This document shows positions 45,786 to 56,496 of a DNA stretch of 64,000 bases, piece by piece. The stretch spans positions 1,024,001 to 1,088,000 of the forward strand of contig OZ253375.1 in the NCBI GenBank assembly GCA_965261005.1, in the 5' to 3' direction. The position numbers and the translations under genes were made by a program. The stretch is from Deinococcus sp. Its GTDB lineage: Bacteria; Deinococcota; Deinococci; Deinococcales; Deinococcaceae. Below the pieces are notes generated by a model. The model worked only from the letters and a program-made list of their open reading frames with translations. It was not told the DNA's origin and ran no database searches. The first letter of the stretch is position 1. Each line of letters starts with the position of its first letter.

Positions 45786-45986
45786 ATACGGATTCCGAAA
45801 ATTTCCGAATCTCATCGGAAATTTTTCGAGCACGAGACGCGAGAGCGGCTCGAAACTCCCGCAACAGAACGTCAAAAGTTTCGCCTCCCCTTCGCTTGGC
45901 GCGAGTTGGAAAAACATACGGATTTTGCGGCATGGAGTACACGGAGCGCTGTCTGCGGAGTGTACGGAATAAAGCGGAATCCGTAT
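45786..45986. repeat. Small non-coding repeat/MITE-like element
   Basis: Perfect terminal IR ATACGGATTCCG...CGGAATCCGTAT, internal ATACGGATT and hairpins, between convergent genes. Confidence 0.75.
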
Positions 45987-47446
45987 CAGACCTCCAAGCT
46001 GGGCGCCGCCCCCGCGAACTCTCCCTCGGTCGCCTCCTCGAACGCCTGGCACACCGAGATCAAGCGCTCGTCCTGCAAGATGGGCGCCATGAACTGCACG
46101 CCGACGGGCAGCCTAACCCCGTCCACGTCCTCGAAGCCGGCCGGCACCGAGACGGCCGGCACGCCGGCCAAGTTGGCGATGACGGTGTCCACGTCGGCCA
46201 GATACATCGCTAAGGGGTCCTGAGTCTTTTCGCCAATTTTGAAGGCGGGAAAGGGCGAGGTGGGCGTGATCAGCACGTCGTAGTCGCGGTAAGCGCGCTC
46301 CAGGTCCTGCGCGACCAAGCGGCGCACCCGCATCGCCTTGGCGTAATAGGCGTCGTAATAGCCGCTCGACAGCGCGTAGGTGCCCATCAGGACGCGCCGC
46401 TTGACTTCCGGCCCGAAGGCCCCCGCCCGGCTGGCGCTCATGGCGGCGTTCACCTCGGGCGCGCCGAAGTCGCGGTGGCCGTAGACCATGCCGTCGTAGC
46501 GGGCGAGGTTGCTGCTGGCCTCGGGCGCGGCGATCAGGTAGTAGGCGGCGACGCCGTAGGACAGGGTCGGCAAGCTGACCTCCCCCACCGTGGCGCCGAG
46601 GGACTCCAGCACCTCTCGGGTCCGCTCCAGGGCCAGCCCCACCCCCGGCGAGTTGGCCCCGCCCAGCGCCTCGCGCACAAAGGCGAAGCGCAGACCCCGC
46701 ACGCCGGCGCCCAAAGCCTCCCGAAAGCCGCTCTCGACGTTCAGGCTGGTCGCGTCGCGCGGGTCATGGCCGCACAGCGCGTCCAGCGTCAGGGCCAGGT
46801 CCCCGGCGGTGCGGGCGAACGGCCCCACCTGATCGAGACTGCTGGCAAAGGCGACCAAGCCGTATCTGGAGACCCGGCCGTAGGTCGGCTTGAAGCCGTA
46901 CACGCCGCATAGAGCGGCCGGCTGGCGCACGCTGCCCCCGGTGTCCGAGCCGAGGGCGATGGGCACCCCCCTTCCCGCCACGCAGACCGCGCTCCCCCCC
47001 GAGGAGCCGCCCGGCACCCGCGCCGGGTCCCAGGGGTTGCGGGCCGGACCGTAAGCGCCCGTCTCGGTCGAGGACCCCATCGCGAACTCGTCCATGTTCG
47101 CCTTGCCGACCACGACGGCGCCGGCGTCCAGCAGCTTTTGAACGGCCGTGGCGGTATAGGGGCTGACGTACTTCTCCAGCGCCCGGCTGGCGCAGGTCGT
47201 GCGGGCGCCCTTCAGGTTGAGGTTGTCCTTGACGACCAGCGGCACGCCCGCCAGGGGCAGGGTCTCGCCCGCGTGGAGGCGCGCCTCCACCTGGGTGGCC
47301 TGCTCAGAGGCCCCCTCCACCAAGCTGATCAGGGGGTTGAGGGCGGACAAAGCTTGCAAACCGCTCAAAGCTTCCTCGACCAGCTCGCTGGGGCGCCGCT
47401 CTCCACGGCGGACGCTTTCGGACATGGCGGTGGCGGACGGGGTCAT
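45986..47446 (-). CDS. gatA: Asp/Glu-tRNA amidotransferase subunit A
   Basis: GGSSGGS, SDTGGSVRQPA, EASSNLARYDG, LSSGYYDAYY. Confidence 0.96.
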   Translation of the reverse strand: MTPSATAMSESVRRGERRPSELVEEALSGLQALSALNPLISLVEGASEQATQVEARLHAGETLPLAGVPLVVKDNLNLKGARTTCASRALEKYVSPYTATAVQKLLDAGAVVVGKANMDEFAMGSSTETGAYGPARNPWDPARVPGGSSGGSAVCVAGRGVPIALGSDTGGSVRQPAALCGVYGFKPTYGRVSRYGLVAFASSLDQVGPFARTAGDLALTLDALCGHDPRDATSLNVESGFREALGAGVRGLRFAFVREALGGANSPGVGLALERTREVLESLGATVGEVSLPTLSYGVAAYYLIAAPEASSNLARYDGMVYGHRDFGAPEVNAAMSASRAGAFGPEVKRRVLMGTYALSSGYYDAYYAKAMRVRRLVAQDLERAYRDYDVLITPTSPFPAFKIGEKTQDPLAMYLADVDTVIANLAGVPAVSVPAGFEDVDGVRLPVGVQFMAPILQDERLISVCQAFEEATEGEFAGAAPSLEV

Positions 47447-47466
47447 GCGGGGCATTCTAGCGGGCC

Positions 47467-48036
47467 TCAGCCGCGCAGCAGGCCGCTGAAGCCGCTCTCC
47501 TCCAAGGCGGGCAGTTCCGACAAGTCCCTCAGGCCAAACTCCAGCAGGAACTTTTGGGTGGTGCCGTACAGCAGCGGCCGGCCCACGGCGTCCGACTTGC
47601 CCACCACCTTGACCAGTTCGCGCTCTTGCAGGGTGACCAGCGTGCCGGCGGAGGCGCCGCGCATGGCCTCGACCTCGGCGCGGGTGACCGGCTGCTTGTA
47701 GGCGACCACCGCCAGCACCTCCAAAGCGGCCCCGGAAAGGGTGGGCAGGGCGGGCGGCGCCAACAAAGGGGCCAGGGCGGCGCTGAGGTGCGGCGGCACG
47801 ATCAGGCGGTGACCGCCCGCGACCTCCTCCACCGTGAAGCCGAGCCGCGCCCCGGCGAGGGTTCGGGCATACACCTCAAGCTCGCGCTTGGCCACGTCTC
47901 CCGACACGCCCAGCAAACGGCCCAACTCCGCCACGCTGACGGGCCGGCCCGCCGCCAGCAGGGCGGCGCCGATCAGGGCGCGCCGCTCGGTTTCGGTTTG
48001 CCCGGTTGTAGCTTCTGGCAAGCTCAGCCCTTCCAC
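47467..48036 (-). CDS. scpB: SMC-Scp complex subunit ScpB
   Basis: LEVLAVVAYKQPVTRAE, GRPLLYGTT..FL..FGL..L.ELP. Confidence 0.94.
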   Translation of the reverse strand: MEGLSLPEATTGQTETERRALIGAALLAAGRPVSVAELGRLLGVSGDVAKRELEVYARTLAGARLGFTVEEVAGGHRLIVPPHLSAALAPLLAPPALPTLSGAALEVLAVVAYKQPVTRAEVEAMRGASAGTLVTLQERELVKVVGKSDAVGRPLLYGTTQKFLLEFGLRDLSELPALEESGFSGLLRG

Positions 48037-48039
48037 AGG

Positions 48040-48684
48040 TCAGCCCTTCCGCAGGACCGCCGCGATGGTCGCCTCGTCCACGGCACCGGCGCGCAGCACC
48101 CGCCGCGCCGCGAGGTCATAGACCGTGCTGGCGACGCCCGGCGCGTCCGGCCCCGGCAGCGTTAGGTCCGCCAAAGCGAGTCGCCCGGCCTGAGCGAAGG
48201 TGAGCGCCGGGTCCTCGCCGGCCACGTTCAGGCTACTGGCCGCCAGGGCGCCCCCGCAGGCCCGCAGCAGCGCGTTCAGCTCCTTCCCGGTGGGCACGCG
48301 CAAACCCACCTGCCCGGCCTGCACCAGCCAAGCTGGACAGCCCGGCGCGGCCGGCACGACCATTGTCAGGGCGCCGGGCCAGAGGGTGTGCAGCCTCGAC
48401 CAAGCCGCCTGCTCCGCTACCTCGGGGGCCGCGAAGCGCCCGGCCGCCGCCGCGTCCGCGCACAACACCTGAACCACCTTGCCGAGGGGGCGCCGCTTTT
48501 GGGCGTGCAGGCGCTCCACGGCCGCGCGCCGCCCCGGGTCGGCCACGACGCCCCAGACGGTGTCGGTGGCCACGGCCAGGGTGAGGCCGGCGGAGAGCGC
48601 CGTCACGGCGCTCTCAAGCCATTCCGGTGGGTCTTCTTGGACAAGCTTCGGCATCTCGAACTCCCATGCTGGGGTCCTCTTCAT
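48040..48684 (-). CDS. Sua5/YrdC/TsaC family protein
   Basis: TDTVWG, KRR, WPGALT, SSLN, STV. Confidence 0.85.
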   Translation of the reverse strand: MKRTPAWEFEMPKLVQEDPPEWLESAVTALSAGLTLAVATDTVWGVVADPGRRAAVERLHAQKRRPLGKVVQVLCADAAAAGRFAAPEVAEQAAWSRLHTLWPGALTMVVPAAPGCPAWLVQAGQVGLRVPTGKELNALLRACGGALAASSLNVAGEDPALTFAQAGRLALADLTLPGPDAPGVASTVYDLAARRVLRAGAVDEATIAAVLRKG

Positions 48685-48727
48685 GAAAAGTCATAGCCAA
48701 AAGCGTTCACCGAACTATAATGCTCGC

Positions 48728-49948
48728 ATGGCCGTCTTCGAATACAGGGTGCGCGACCGCACCGGCAAGATCATCGCCTCACAGATTGAGGCCGACAGCA
48801 TGGCGCAGGTGCGCGACGCGCTGCGGGCCAAGCAGCTCTTCATCGTGGACATCAAGGCCCCCAAGACGGGCCTTCAGGGCAACGTCAGCATTCCCTTTTT
48901 CGACAACCAACCGCCCGGCCTCAAAATCGTGGCGCTGTTTTCACGCCAGCTCGCCACCATGATCAACTCGGGCGTGCCGCTGGTGCAGTCCCTCGCCATC
49001 ATGCAGCGGCAAACCGAGCACAAAGGGTTTCAAAAGATCATCAAGGACATGCGCGCCGAGGTGGAGTCCGGCACGCCCTTGTCGGACTCCATCGCCAAGT
49101 ATCCCAAGGTGTTTTCGCGGTTGTACCTCAACTTGGTGCGCGCCGGCGAAACGTCGGGCACGCTGGACGCCATTCTGGACCGCATCAGCGCCTTTTTAGA
49201 AAAGGACCTCGCCCTGCGCGGCAAGATCAAGAGCGCCATGACCTACCCCGTCATCGTGCTGATCTTCGCCCTGCTGATCACCTACTTTCTGCTGACCACC
49301 ATCGTGCCGCAGTTCGCGCAGATTCTGATTCAGCTGAACGCCCCGCTGCCGCTGATCACCCGCGTCTTGATCGCGGTGGCCGACTTCCTGACCAGCAAGA
49401 GCTGGATTCTCCTGATCGTGGGCGTGGGCCTTTTCTTCGGCTTTCGCTCGTACTACCGCACCAAGGGAGGGCGTCACGTCATCGACGACATCAAGCTGAG
49501 GGCGCCGGTGCTGGGCGCCCTGATTCGGCGCGCGGCCATCGCCTCTTTTGCGCGCACCTTCGGCCTGTTGATCGCGAGCGGCGTGAACATCATCGAGGCG
49601 CTGGAGATCACCAAGGGCACCGCCAACAACGTCATCGTGGAGGACACCATTGACAACGCGCGCAACGTCGTGATGGTGGGCGAGCAGATGTCGGGGTCGC
49701 TGGCGACCTCCAAGGTGTTTCCTCCCATGGTCGTCTCCATGGTCGCCATCGGCGAGGAGACCGGCGCCTTGGATGAGATGCTCGGCAAGGTCGCCGACTT
49801 CTACGACCGCGAGGTGGACGAGGCGGTGGACAGCCTGACCGCCGCCATCGAGCCGATCATGATCGTGTTTCTGGGCGGCATCGTCGGCGTGATCGTGGCG
49901 GGCATGTTTCTGCCGATGTTCAGCATCATCGGTCAGCTCAGCAAGTGA
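48728..49948 (+). CDS. pilC: Type IV pilus platform protein PilC
   Basis: FSRQLATM..SGVPL, AGETSGTL, AMTYP, GEETGAL. Confidence 0.93.
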   Translation: MAVFEYRVRDRTGKIIASQIEADSMAQVRDALRAKQLFIVDIKAPKTGLQGNVSIPFFDNQPPGLKIVALFSRQLATMINSGVPLVQSLAIMQRQTEHKGFQKIIKDMRAEVESGTPLSDSIAKYPKVFSRLYLNLVRAGETSGTLDAILDRISAFLEKDLALRGKIKSAMTYPVIVLIFALLITYFLLTTIVPQFAQILIQLNAPLPLITRVLIAVADFLTSKSWILLIVGVGLFFGFRSYYRTKGGRHVIDDIKLRAPVLGALIRRAAIASFARTFGLLIASGVNIIEALEITKGTANNVIVEDTIDNARNVVMVGEQMSGSLATSKVFPPMVVSMVAIGEETGALDEMLGKVADFYDREVDEAVDSLTAAIEPIMIVFLGGIVGVIVAGMFLPMFSIIGQLSK

Positions 49949-50066
49949 GATTGGCACGTGAGATCAGCAAGCCAATTGGGCTGAACGTCGGGGCGGGCGA
50001 ACCGGGAAACGTCACAACAGGTGACGCGGCGGGCCTCCTTCCGGTACAGTGCGGCTGGAGGAACGT

Positions 50067-50324
50067 ATGCAAGGACAAGTGAAGATGTTCAACAACGAGA
50101 AGGGCTTTGGCTTTATCGCCACCCCGGGGCGCAAGGACGTATTCGTACACTTCAGCGCCATTCAGGGCAGCGGCTTCAAGTCGCTGAACGAGGGCGACGA
50201 GGTCGAGTTCGACATCGAGGACGATCCGCGCGGCAAGGGCGAGCGGGCGACCAACGTCGTGGTGACCAAGGCCGCCGCCGGGGGCATGGGGGGCCGCGAA
50301 AGCCGGGGCCGCGACCGCTACTAA
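50067..50324 (+). CDS. Cold-shock protein
   Basis: KGFGFI and [12 protein letters not shown] motifs. Confidence 0.95.
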   Translation: MQGQVKMFNNEKGFGFIATPGRKDVFVHFSAIQGSGFKSLNEGDEVEFDIEDDPRGKGERATNVVVTKAAAGGMGGRESRGRDRY

Positions 50325-50338
50325 GGAAACCCACCGGG

Positions 50339-50377
50339 GCCGGCACACCCAAGCGGTGTGCCGGCTCTTGATTTTTC
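50339..50377 (+). terminator. Intrinsic terminator
   Basis: GCCGGCACACC-N5-GGTGTGCCGGC followed by T-rich tract. Confidence 0.7.
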
Positions 50378-50454
50378 TATCGGCCTCTTGCTGCTGGCTT
50401 GACGCCGTCACGTAGGCCACCCTGTACCGTTCGCGCGTTCGCTAGACTGCCCGC

Positions 50455-51432
50455 ATGATCGAGCGCCTGTATCTCGCCAAGCCGCGCGGCTTTTGCGCCG
50501 GCGTCGTGATGGCGATTGGGGCGGTCGAAAAGGCCGCCCAGCAGCAGGAAACGCCGCTGACGGTCTACCACTCCATCGTGCACAACCACACCGTGGTGAA
50601 GCGGCTGGGTGAGCGGCACGGCGTCCACTTCGTGGAGGACTTGGAGGGCGTGGAGCGGCTGCCCTCCGGCGGCGACACGGTCGTGTTCAGCGCGCACGGC
50701 GTTAGCCCGCGGGTGCGCGAGCGGGCGGGCGAGTTGGGCCTCGCCACCATTGACGCGACCTGTCCCCTGGTCACCAAGGTCCACACCGAGGCCAAAAAAT
50801 ATGCCCGCGAAGGCTATACCATTCTCTTGATCGGCGACAGCGCGCGGCACCAGGAGGTGATCGGCACGGCGGGCGAGGCGCCAGGGCACACCATTTTGGT
50901 GGGCGTGCTGGGCAAAAGCGGCCCCAACCTGATGGACCCCCACACCGTCGAGGTGCCCGACCCCGGCAAGGTGGTGGTCCTGACCCAAACGACCCTGAGC
51001 GTGGACGACACCCGCAAGACCGTGGACATTCTGAAGGGCCGCTTTCCACAGTTGGTGATTCCGCCCTCCGAGGACCTCTGCTACGCCACCAAGAACCGCC
51101 AAGACGCCGTCAAGCGTATCGCGCCGAACGTGGACGCCTTCGTGGTGCTGACCAGCCCGCATTCCAGCAACGGCATGCGCCTCTTGGAACTCGCCGAAGA
51201 GACGTCCGGGCGGGCGTACCGTCTGGAAACCGCCGCCGACTTGGACGGGCTGGATCTGAGCGGTGTACGCTCGCTGGGCGTCACCTCGGCCGCCAGCACC
51301 CCGGACGACCTGGTGCAGGCGCTGGTGGCGCGCCTCAAAGCCCTCAACCCGGCCCTTCAGGTGACCGAGGAGGGCGAGTGGGAAAACATCGAGTTCCGCG
51401 AGGCGAGGCGGGTGCCGGCGCCCGCGCGCTGA
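50455..51432 (+). CDS. ispH: HMBPP reductase
   Basis: [32 protein letters not shown]. Confidence 0.96.
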   Translation: MIERLYLAKPRGFCAGVVMAIGAVEKAAQQQETPLTVYHSIVHNHTVVKRLGERHGVHFVEDLEGVERLPSGGDTVVFSAHGVSPRVRERAGELGLATIDATCPLVTKVHTEAKKYAREGYTILLIGDSARHQEVIGTAGEAPGHTILVGVLGKSGPNLMDPHTVEVPDPGKVVVLTQTTLSVDDTRKTVDILKGRFPQLVIPPSEDLCYATKNRQDAVKRIAPNVDAFVVLTSPHSSNGMRLLELAEETSGRAYRLETAADLDGLDLSGVRSLGVTSAASTPDDLVQALVARLKALNPALQVTEEGEWENIEFREARRVPAPAR

Positions 51433-51463
51433 TGTGCTCCACGGTTCGCGCTACGCTCGGCGC

Positions 51464-52951
51464 ATGTCCACACCCGAGCAGCCTGGGAAGGCTCCCGACA
51501 ACGTGCCCACTGACAACGCGCCAACCGACAACGTCATCACGACCCGCCACAGCGTCCGCGTCGGCGGCGAGGACGTGGCTTACAGCGTCAGGGCCGGCAC
51601 CTGGGTCCTGAAGGGTGAGCGCCACGGCAAGGACGGCCAGCTTGAGGGCGAGAAGCCCCGCGCCGAGCTGTTCTTCGTCGCCTACACCAAAGAAGGTGTC
51701 GAGGACACGGCCGCACGCCCCATCACCTTCTCCTTCAACGGCGGCCCCGGCTCCTCCAGCGTGTGGCTGCACCTCGGCGTGCTGGGGCCGCGCCGGGTGG
51801 TGATGGGCGACGCGGGCGCGCTGTTGCCGCCCCCCTACGCGCTGGCGGACAACCCCCACGCGCTGCTGGACCGGACCGACTTGGTTTTTCTAGACCCGGT
51901 CAGCACCGGCTTTTCGCGCGCCGCCCCCGGGGAAAAGCCGGGGGACTTTCACGGCTTCAAGGCGGACATCGAGTCGGTGGGGGACTTTATCCGCCTGTTC
52001 GTCACCCGCGAGCGGCGCTGGCTGTCCCCCAAGTACCTGATCGGCGAGAGCTACGGCACCACCCGCGCGGCGGGCCTTTCGGGCTACTTGCAAGAACGCC
52101 ACGGGCTGTACCTGAACGGCCTGATGCTGGTCAGCAGCATTCTGGACTTCGGCACGGTGAGAACCGCCCCCGGCAACGACCTGCCCTTCGTGCTGGAGCT
52201 GCCGACCCAAACGGCCACCGCTTGGTACCACGGCCAATTGGAGGGGGGGCGGTCGCGGCCCCTGGCCGAGTGGCTTGGGGAAGCGGAGGCGTTCGCGGCC
52301 GGCCCGTTCTTGCGGGCGCTGTTTCGTGGGGCGGGCCTGCCAACAGAGGAGCGCGCGGAGGTCAGAACAACGCTCGCGCGCTTGACCGGCCTGTCCGAAG
52401 ATTTCGTGGAGCGCTGCGACCTGAGAATCGGCCTCGGGCGCTTTCGCAAGGAGCTGCTGCGCGCTCAGGGCCTGACGGTGGGACGCCTCGACAGCCGCTT
52501 CACCGGGCGCGACCGCGACCGCGCGGACGCCGAGGCCGAATACGACCCCAGCTACAGCGCCATTCAAGGGCCGTACAGCGCCACGCTCAACCACTACCTG
52601 CGCGCCGAACTCGGCTTTGAGAGCGACCTCCCCTACGAAATCCTCAACTTCGAGGTCAACCCCAAGTGGAGCTACGCCGACTTCGAGAACCGTCACGTCG
52701 AGGTGACGGACACCCTGCGCTCGGCAATGACCGCCAATCCCCATTTGCGCGTCTTCGTGGCCAGCGGTTATTACGACTTCGCCACGCCTTACTTCGCCAC
52801 CGCGCACACCCTGGCCCACCTGGGCCTGCCAGAGGAACTGCGCGCCAACGTCAGCGAGCGCTTTTACGAGGCGGGGCACATGATGTACGTCCAAGAGGAG
52901 AGCTTGGCGCAATTGAAAGAGGACTTGGCGGCCTTTTTGACGGCGAGCTGA
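51464..52951 (+). CDS. S10 serine carboxypeptidase
   Basis: FNGGPGSSS, GESYG, GHMMY. Confidence 0.92.
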   Translation: MSTPEQPGKAPDNVPTDNAPTDNVITTRHSVRVGGEDVAYSVRAGTWVLKGERHGKDGQLEGEKPRAELFFVAYTKEGVEDTAARPITFSFNGGPGSSSVWLHLGVLGPRRVVMGDAGALLPPPYALADNPHALLDRTDLVFLDPVSTGFSRAAPGEKPGDFHGFKADIESVGDFIRLFVTRERRWLSPKYLIGESYGTTRAAGLSGYLQERHGLYLNGLMLVSSILDFGTVRTAPGNDLPFVLELPTQTATAWYHGQLEGGRSRPLAEWLGEAEAFAAGPFLRALFRGAGLPTEERAEVRTTLARLTGLSEDFVERCDLRIGLGRFRKELLRAQGLTVGRLDSRFTGRDRDRADAEAEYDPSYSAIQGPYSATLNHYLRAELGFESDLPYEILNFEVNPKWSYADFENRHVEVTDTLRSAMTANPHLRVFVASGYYDFATPYFATAHTLAHLGLPEELRANVSERFYEAGHMMYVQEESLAQLKEDLAAFLTAS

Positions 52952-52973
52952 GCGGCCGCAATTGGGATGGCCT

Positions 52974-53747
52974 CTAGATACCTCCCGCCTTGACGTACCC
53001 TTGGCGCAGCAGGTCCTCCAGCAGGGGTTCCAATTCGTGCAAACCGGCGTCCGAGCGCAGCGCGTACTCGGCGGGCGTCAGGTTTTCCGACAGGGCGCGC
53101 AGCAGCGCCAGGCCGGTGACCCCGAATTGGGCGCGAAAGTGTTGGTGCAGGGCCATAATGGGGTTCAGGCTGTCCTTGCCGCGCAAGGTCAGCGCGTAGT
53201 TGTGGTGCGCCCAGCCGGCGAGGCTCTTGGGCAGAATCAGCGTTTGTGGCCGGAGGGGCGCCGGAAAGGCCCCCTCGTAGGGCAGCGTGGCCGGCATGGT
53301 CGCCACCACTTGGCCGCGCACGTAAAATGAGGCGCCGCCGGTGTCGGCGTGCAACCCGGTGAAGTCCTCGGTGAGGTTGAACTTCCAGGCGCGGCTGCCC
53401 ACCCCCGACAAGGCGTGCGCGAGGCCGGGGTCCAGGGCGTAGGCGCTCAGGGGCGCGCCCGCCTCGAACACGCTCAGCAAGTCGGCCAGGGCCAGTTCGC
53501 CGGTGTGCTGCGCCGAGGCGGCGGCCACCGCGCGGCCCTCGAAGACCAGCACATGCGCGCCCTGGTCGCCCAGGCTGGCGTGCAGGTAGCCGTACCAAGA
53601 GGTGTTGTGCAGATGGCGCAAGAACGCGTGCAGATCGCAAAAGCTGGCGCTCAGGCCCCAGTACGCCGGCCGGCCTCTGGGCAAGAAGCGCGCCAGAAAC
53701 GGGGCCGCCTGCGGAAAGCGCGGCGTGAGTTCGGTCAGCACATTCAA
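52974..53747 (-). CDS. Hypothetical protein (start uncertain)
   Basis: Long GC3-rich ORF; TTG start overlaps stop of a 12-aa upstream ORF. Confidence 0.7.
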   Translation of the reverse strand: MNVLTELTPRFPQAAPFLARFLPRGRPAYWGLSASFCDLHAFLRHLHNTSWYGYLHASLGDQGAHVLVFEGRAVAAASAQHTGELALADLLSVFEAGAPLSAYALDPGLAHALSGVGSRAWKFNLTEDFTGLHADTGGASFYVRGQVVATMPATLPYEGAFPAPLRPQTLILPKSLAGWAHHNYALTLRGKDSLNPIMALHQHFRAQFGVTGLALLRALSENLTPAEYALRSDAGLHELEPLLEDLLRQGYVKAGGI

Positions 53748-53883
53748 AAGAACACTCCGGGCGCCCGCACGTCTGCGTTCATTGACCTCGCCTCCTCCGC
53801 CCCGGCCGGTATCCCGGGCCGGCCGATCCACACGCTCAGTACGTCCTGGCTCACGTTCCGTATGTGTACAAAAATGAACATAT

Positions 53884-54297
53884 TTAAGCGGAAGCGTGGG
53901 CGCGCAACGCCTCTTGCAACAACGTCCGGTCTTCAGGGTAGCTTAGCAGCTTTGCCGCCTGCTCCGGCGGGTAAAAGCCGCCCGCGTCGAACAGCGGCTC
54001 CAAAACGCTCGCCTGGTCCTCAGTCCGCATCAAAAACCAGCGAATCTCGCGCCGAACCCCCCGGTTGTTGGTGTAAACCGTGCTTGGCAGCGGCGCGACG
54101 ACCTTCGCGCTCACGCCCGTCTCCTCGCGCACCTCCCGCACGGACGCCGCCTCGTCGCTCTCCCCCACCTCGATGTGGCCCTTGGGAAAGGTCCAGCCGC
54201 CACCCTTGTAGCGCACGAGCAGCACCTCAGCCCGCGCGTTCAGCGCCACGCCGCCCGCGCCGGGTTCTGCCGCGTCAGATTGTGGGGTTCGCTTCAT
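53884..54297 (-). CDS. NUDIX hydrolase (Ap4A hydrolase-like)
   Basis: [12 protein letters not shown]....[10 protein letters not shown]. Confidence 0.9.
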   Translation of the reverse strand: MKRTPQSDAAEPGAGGVALNARAEVLLVRYKGGGWTFPKGHIEVGESDEAASVREVREETGVSAKVVAPLPSTVYTNNRGVRREIRWFLMRTEDQASVLEPLFDAGGFYPPEQAAKLLSYPEDRTLLQEALRAHASA

Positions 54298-54383
54298 GGG
54301 GAAAGTGTTTCATGGGGGAAGTGTAAAGCACAACCGGGGGCCAGCCCAACGGTCCGCGCCCGCGTTTCACGGAACGCTCCTAT

Positions 54384-54412
54384 TTGACATGGCCTGGGGC
54401 GGATTGGATAAT
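54384..54412 (+). promoter_or_regulatory. Sigma70-type promoter of second csp gene
   Basis: TTGACA-17 bp-GATAAT about 70 nt upstream of ATG. Confidence 0.7.
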
Positions 54413-54484
54413 GTGATCGTTCTGAGCAAAAACCGCGCTGAATCCAGCCCCGGTTTAGTTTTCCTGCGCGGAACGAGGAGTGTT

Positions 54485-54736
54485 ATGGCTCAAGGTCGAG
54501 TGAAGTGGTTCAATGCCGAAAAGGGGTTTGGCTTTATCGAGTATCCGGGCAACCCCGATGTGTTCGTACACTACAGCGCCATCAACAGCTCGGGCTTTCG
54601 CAAGCTGAACGAGGGCGACGAGGTCGAGTTCGAGTTGGAGGCCGGCGCGGGCGGCAAGGGGCCGCAGGCCAAGAACGTGGTGGTCACCCAGGCCGCGCCC
54701 GAACCGGCCCGCAGCGGCGGTGGCAGCCGCTGGTAA
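54485..54736 (+). CDS. Cold-shock protein
   Basis: [22 protein letters not shown]. Confidence 0.96.
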   Translation: MAQGRVKWFNAEKGFGFIEYPGNPDVFVHYSAINSSGFRKLNEGDEVEFELEAGAGGKGPQAKNVVVTQAAPEPARSGGGSRW

Positions 54737-54762
54737 ACCGGACAAACACAGCAGCGATTTTT

Positions 54763-54790
54763 GAAGAGGCCCGAGTTAGGGCCTCTTTTC
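54763..54790. terminator. Intrinsic terminator between convergent genes
   Basis: AAGAGGCCC...GGGCCTCTTTT. Confidence 0.7.
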
Positions 54791-55956
54791 TATCCCTCCA
54801 AGGCGCCTTCAAGGTCCCCCAGCAGGTCCCCCACGTCTTCAATGCCCACCGAGAGGCGCAGCAGGTCCGGCGTGATGCCGAGTTCGCGGCGCCGCTCTTC
54901 GGGCAGCGCGCGGTGCGAGGTGCCCCACGGCCAGCTGAGGGTGGTCGCCACGTCGGCGAGGCTGGGGGCCAGCGGCACCTTGCCGGCCAGGCGCCGCACG
55001 AACTCGGCGGCGCCGTCCACCTCCAGCGCCAGCATCCCGCCAAAGCCGTTCGGGAACAGCTCGGCGGCCAGCTCGAACTGCGGGTGGCTGGCAAGGCCGG
55101 GAAAGTGAAGGCGCCGCACGCGCGGGTGGCCCTCCAGCACATCCGCGACCGCCTGGGCGTTTTGGGAGTGCGCCCGCATTCTGAGGCTGAGGGTCTTGAG
55201 GCCCTGCATTGTCATCCAGGCGTCGAAGGCGGACACGCTGGCCCCCAGCCGCACCACCTTGGTCCGCGCGGGCGCGATCAAGTCGGCCCGCCCGCACAGC
55301 GCGCCGCCCATCGCGGTCGAGTGGCCGTTGAGGTATTTGGCGAAGGAATGTGAAACGAGGTCCGCACCGTGGTCAGCCGGCCGAAAGACGGCGGGGCTGG
55401 CAAAGGTGTTGTCGGCGCTGAGGAGGGCGCCGCGCCCGTGCGCGAGCTTTGCCAGGCGCGGCACGTCGGGCAGGGTCAGGATGGGATTGGTCAGCGTCTC
55501 GAAGTGCAAGAGACGGGTGTTGGGCCGCATAGCGCTCTCCACCGCGTCCAAGTCGGTCATGTCGGTCCAACCGACCTCGATACCCATGTCCGGCAACTCC
55601 TCGGTGAGGAGGGCGTAGGTGCCGCCATAGACCCGCTCGTCGGCCAGCAGGTGGTCGCCGGGGCGCAGCGCGGCCAGAAAGCCCGCCAGAATGGCCGCCA
55701 TGCCGCTGGCCGTCGCCACCGCCGCCCCCGTTCCTTCCAGCGCGGCCAGGGCCGCCTCCAACGCCGCGCCGCCGGGCGTGCCGTTGCGGTAGTAAAAGGC
55801 GGCGCCCGATTGGCCGCTCATGGCGCGCTCCAAGTCGTCGAGGTCCCGAAAGGCGTACACGGTCGCCTGCTGGATCGGCTGCACCAGGGGGCGGCTGGAA
55901 TTCTCGGGGGCGAACTCCTCGGCGCGGGCGGCCAGGGTGGCGAGGTCATAGGGCAT
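54790..55956 (-). CDS. PLP-dependent Cys/Met metabolism enzyme
   Basis: [36 protein letters not shown]. Confidence 0.92.
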   Translation of the reverse strand: MPYDLATLAARAEEFAPENSSRPLVQPIQQATVYAFRDLDDLERAMSGQSGAAFYYRNGTPGGAALEAALAALEGTGAAVATASGMAAILAGFLAALRPGDHLLADERVYGGTYALLTEELPDMGIEVGWTDMTDLDAVESAMRPNTRLLHFETLTNPILTLPDVPRLAKLAHGRGALLSADNTFASPAVFRPADHGADLVSHSFAKYLNGHSTAMGGALCGRADLIAPARTKVVRLGASVSAFDAWMTMQGLKTLSLRMRAHSQNAQAVADVLEGHPRVRRLHFPGLASHPQFELAAELFPNGFGGMLALEVDGAAEFVRRLAGKVPLAPSLADVATTLSWPWGTSHRALPEERRRELGITPDLLRLSVGIEDVGDLLGDLEGALEG

Positions 55957-55971
55957 GGGTAAAGTGTAGGG

Positions 55972-56496
55972 GTGAACGTGAATCTGCGGCCCATGCACGA
56001 GGCCGATGTGGAGACCGCCGTGCGCTGGAGTCAGGACCGCGAGTTCTGCCTGGCGAACGGCTGGACGCCCGACTTACCGCCGGAGCGGGTGCGGGCCTGG
56101 TGGGCGCGCGTGCTGCGGAGCGTCGGGCCAGACTTTCTGCGGCTGGGCATTGAGCTGGACGGACAATTGGTGGGCTACGCCGACCTCGCGGACATCGAGG
56201 ACGACGTGGGCCGCGCCGAGTTCGGCATCGTCCTGGGCGAGCGCAACCTGTGGGGACGCGGCTTCGGCCGGGAAGCGGGGCGCCTGATGCTGGCGCACGG
56301 CTTCGGGCGGCTGGGCCTCTCGCGCGTCACCGCCGAGGTCCACGCGTCCAACACCCGCTCGCTGGCCTTAATGAAGCGCCTCGGCTTCCGGCAGGAGGGC
56401 GTGTTGCGGCGGCACGAGCTGTACCGGGGCGGCGTGGTGGACGTGGTGGCGTTCGGGCTGTTGCGGGAAGAGTTTGAGGTGGAACGTGGGCTTTGA
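55972..56496 (+). CDS. GNAT acetyltransferase (RimJ/RimL-like)
   Basis: [12 protein letters not shown]...KRLGFRQEG. Confidence 0.9.
   Translation: MNVNLRPMHEADVETAVRWSQDREFCLANGWTPDLPPERVRAWWARVLRSVGPDFLRLGIELDGQLVGYADLADIEDDVGRAEFGIVLGERNLWGRGFGREAGRLMLAHGFGRLGLSRVTAEVHASNTRSLALMKRLGFRQEGVLRRHELYRGGVVDVVAFGLLREEFEVERGL

Noticed and set aside
53861..53882. TATGTGTACAAAAATGAACATA as a radiation/desiccation response motif
   Set aside because: Palindrome length and spacing do not fit the 17-bp RDRM; function unsupported
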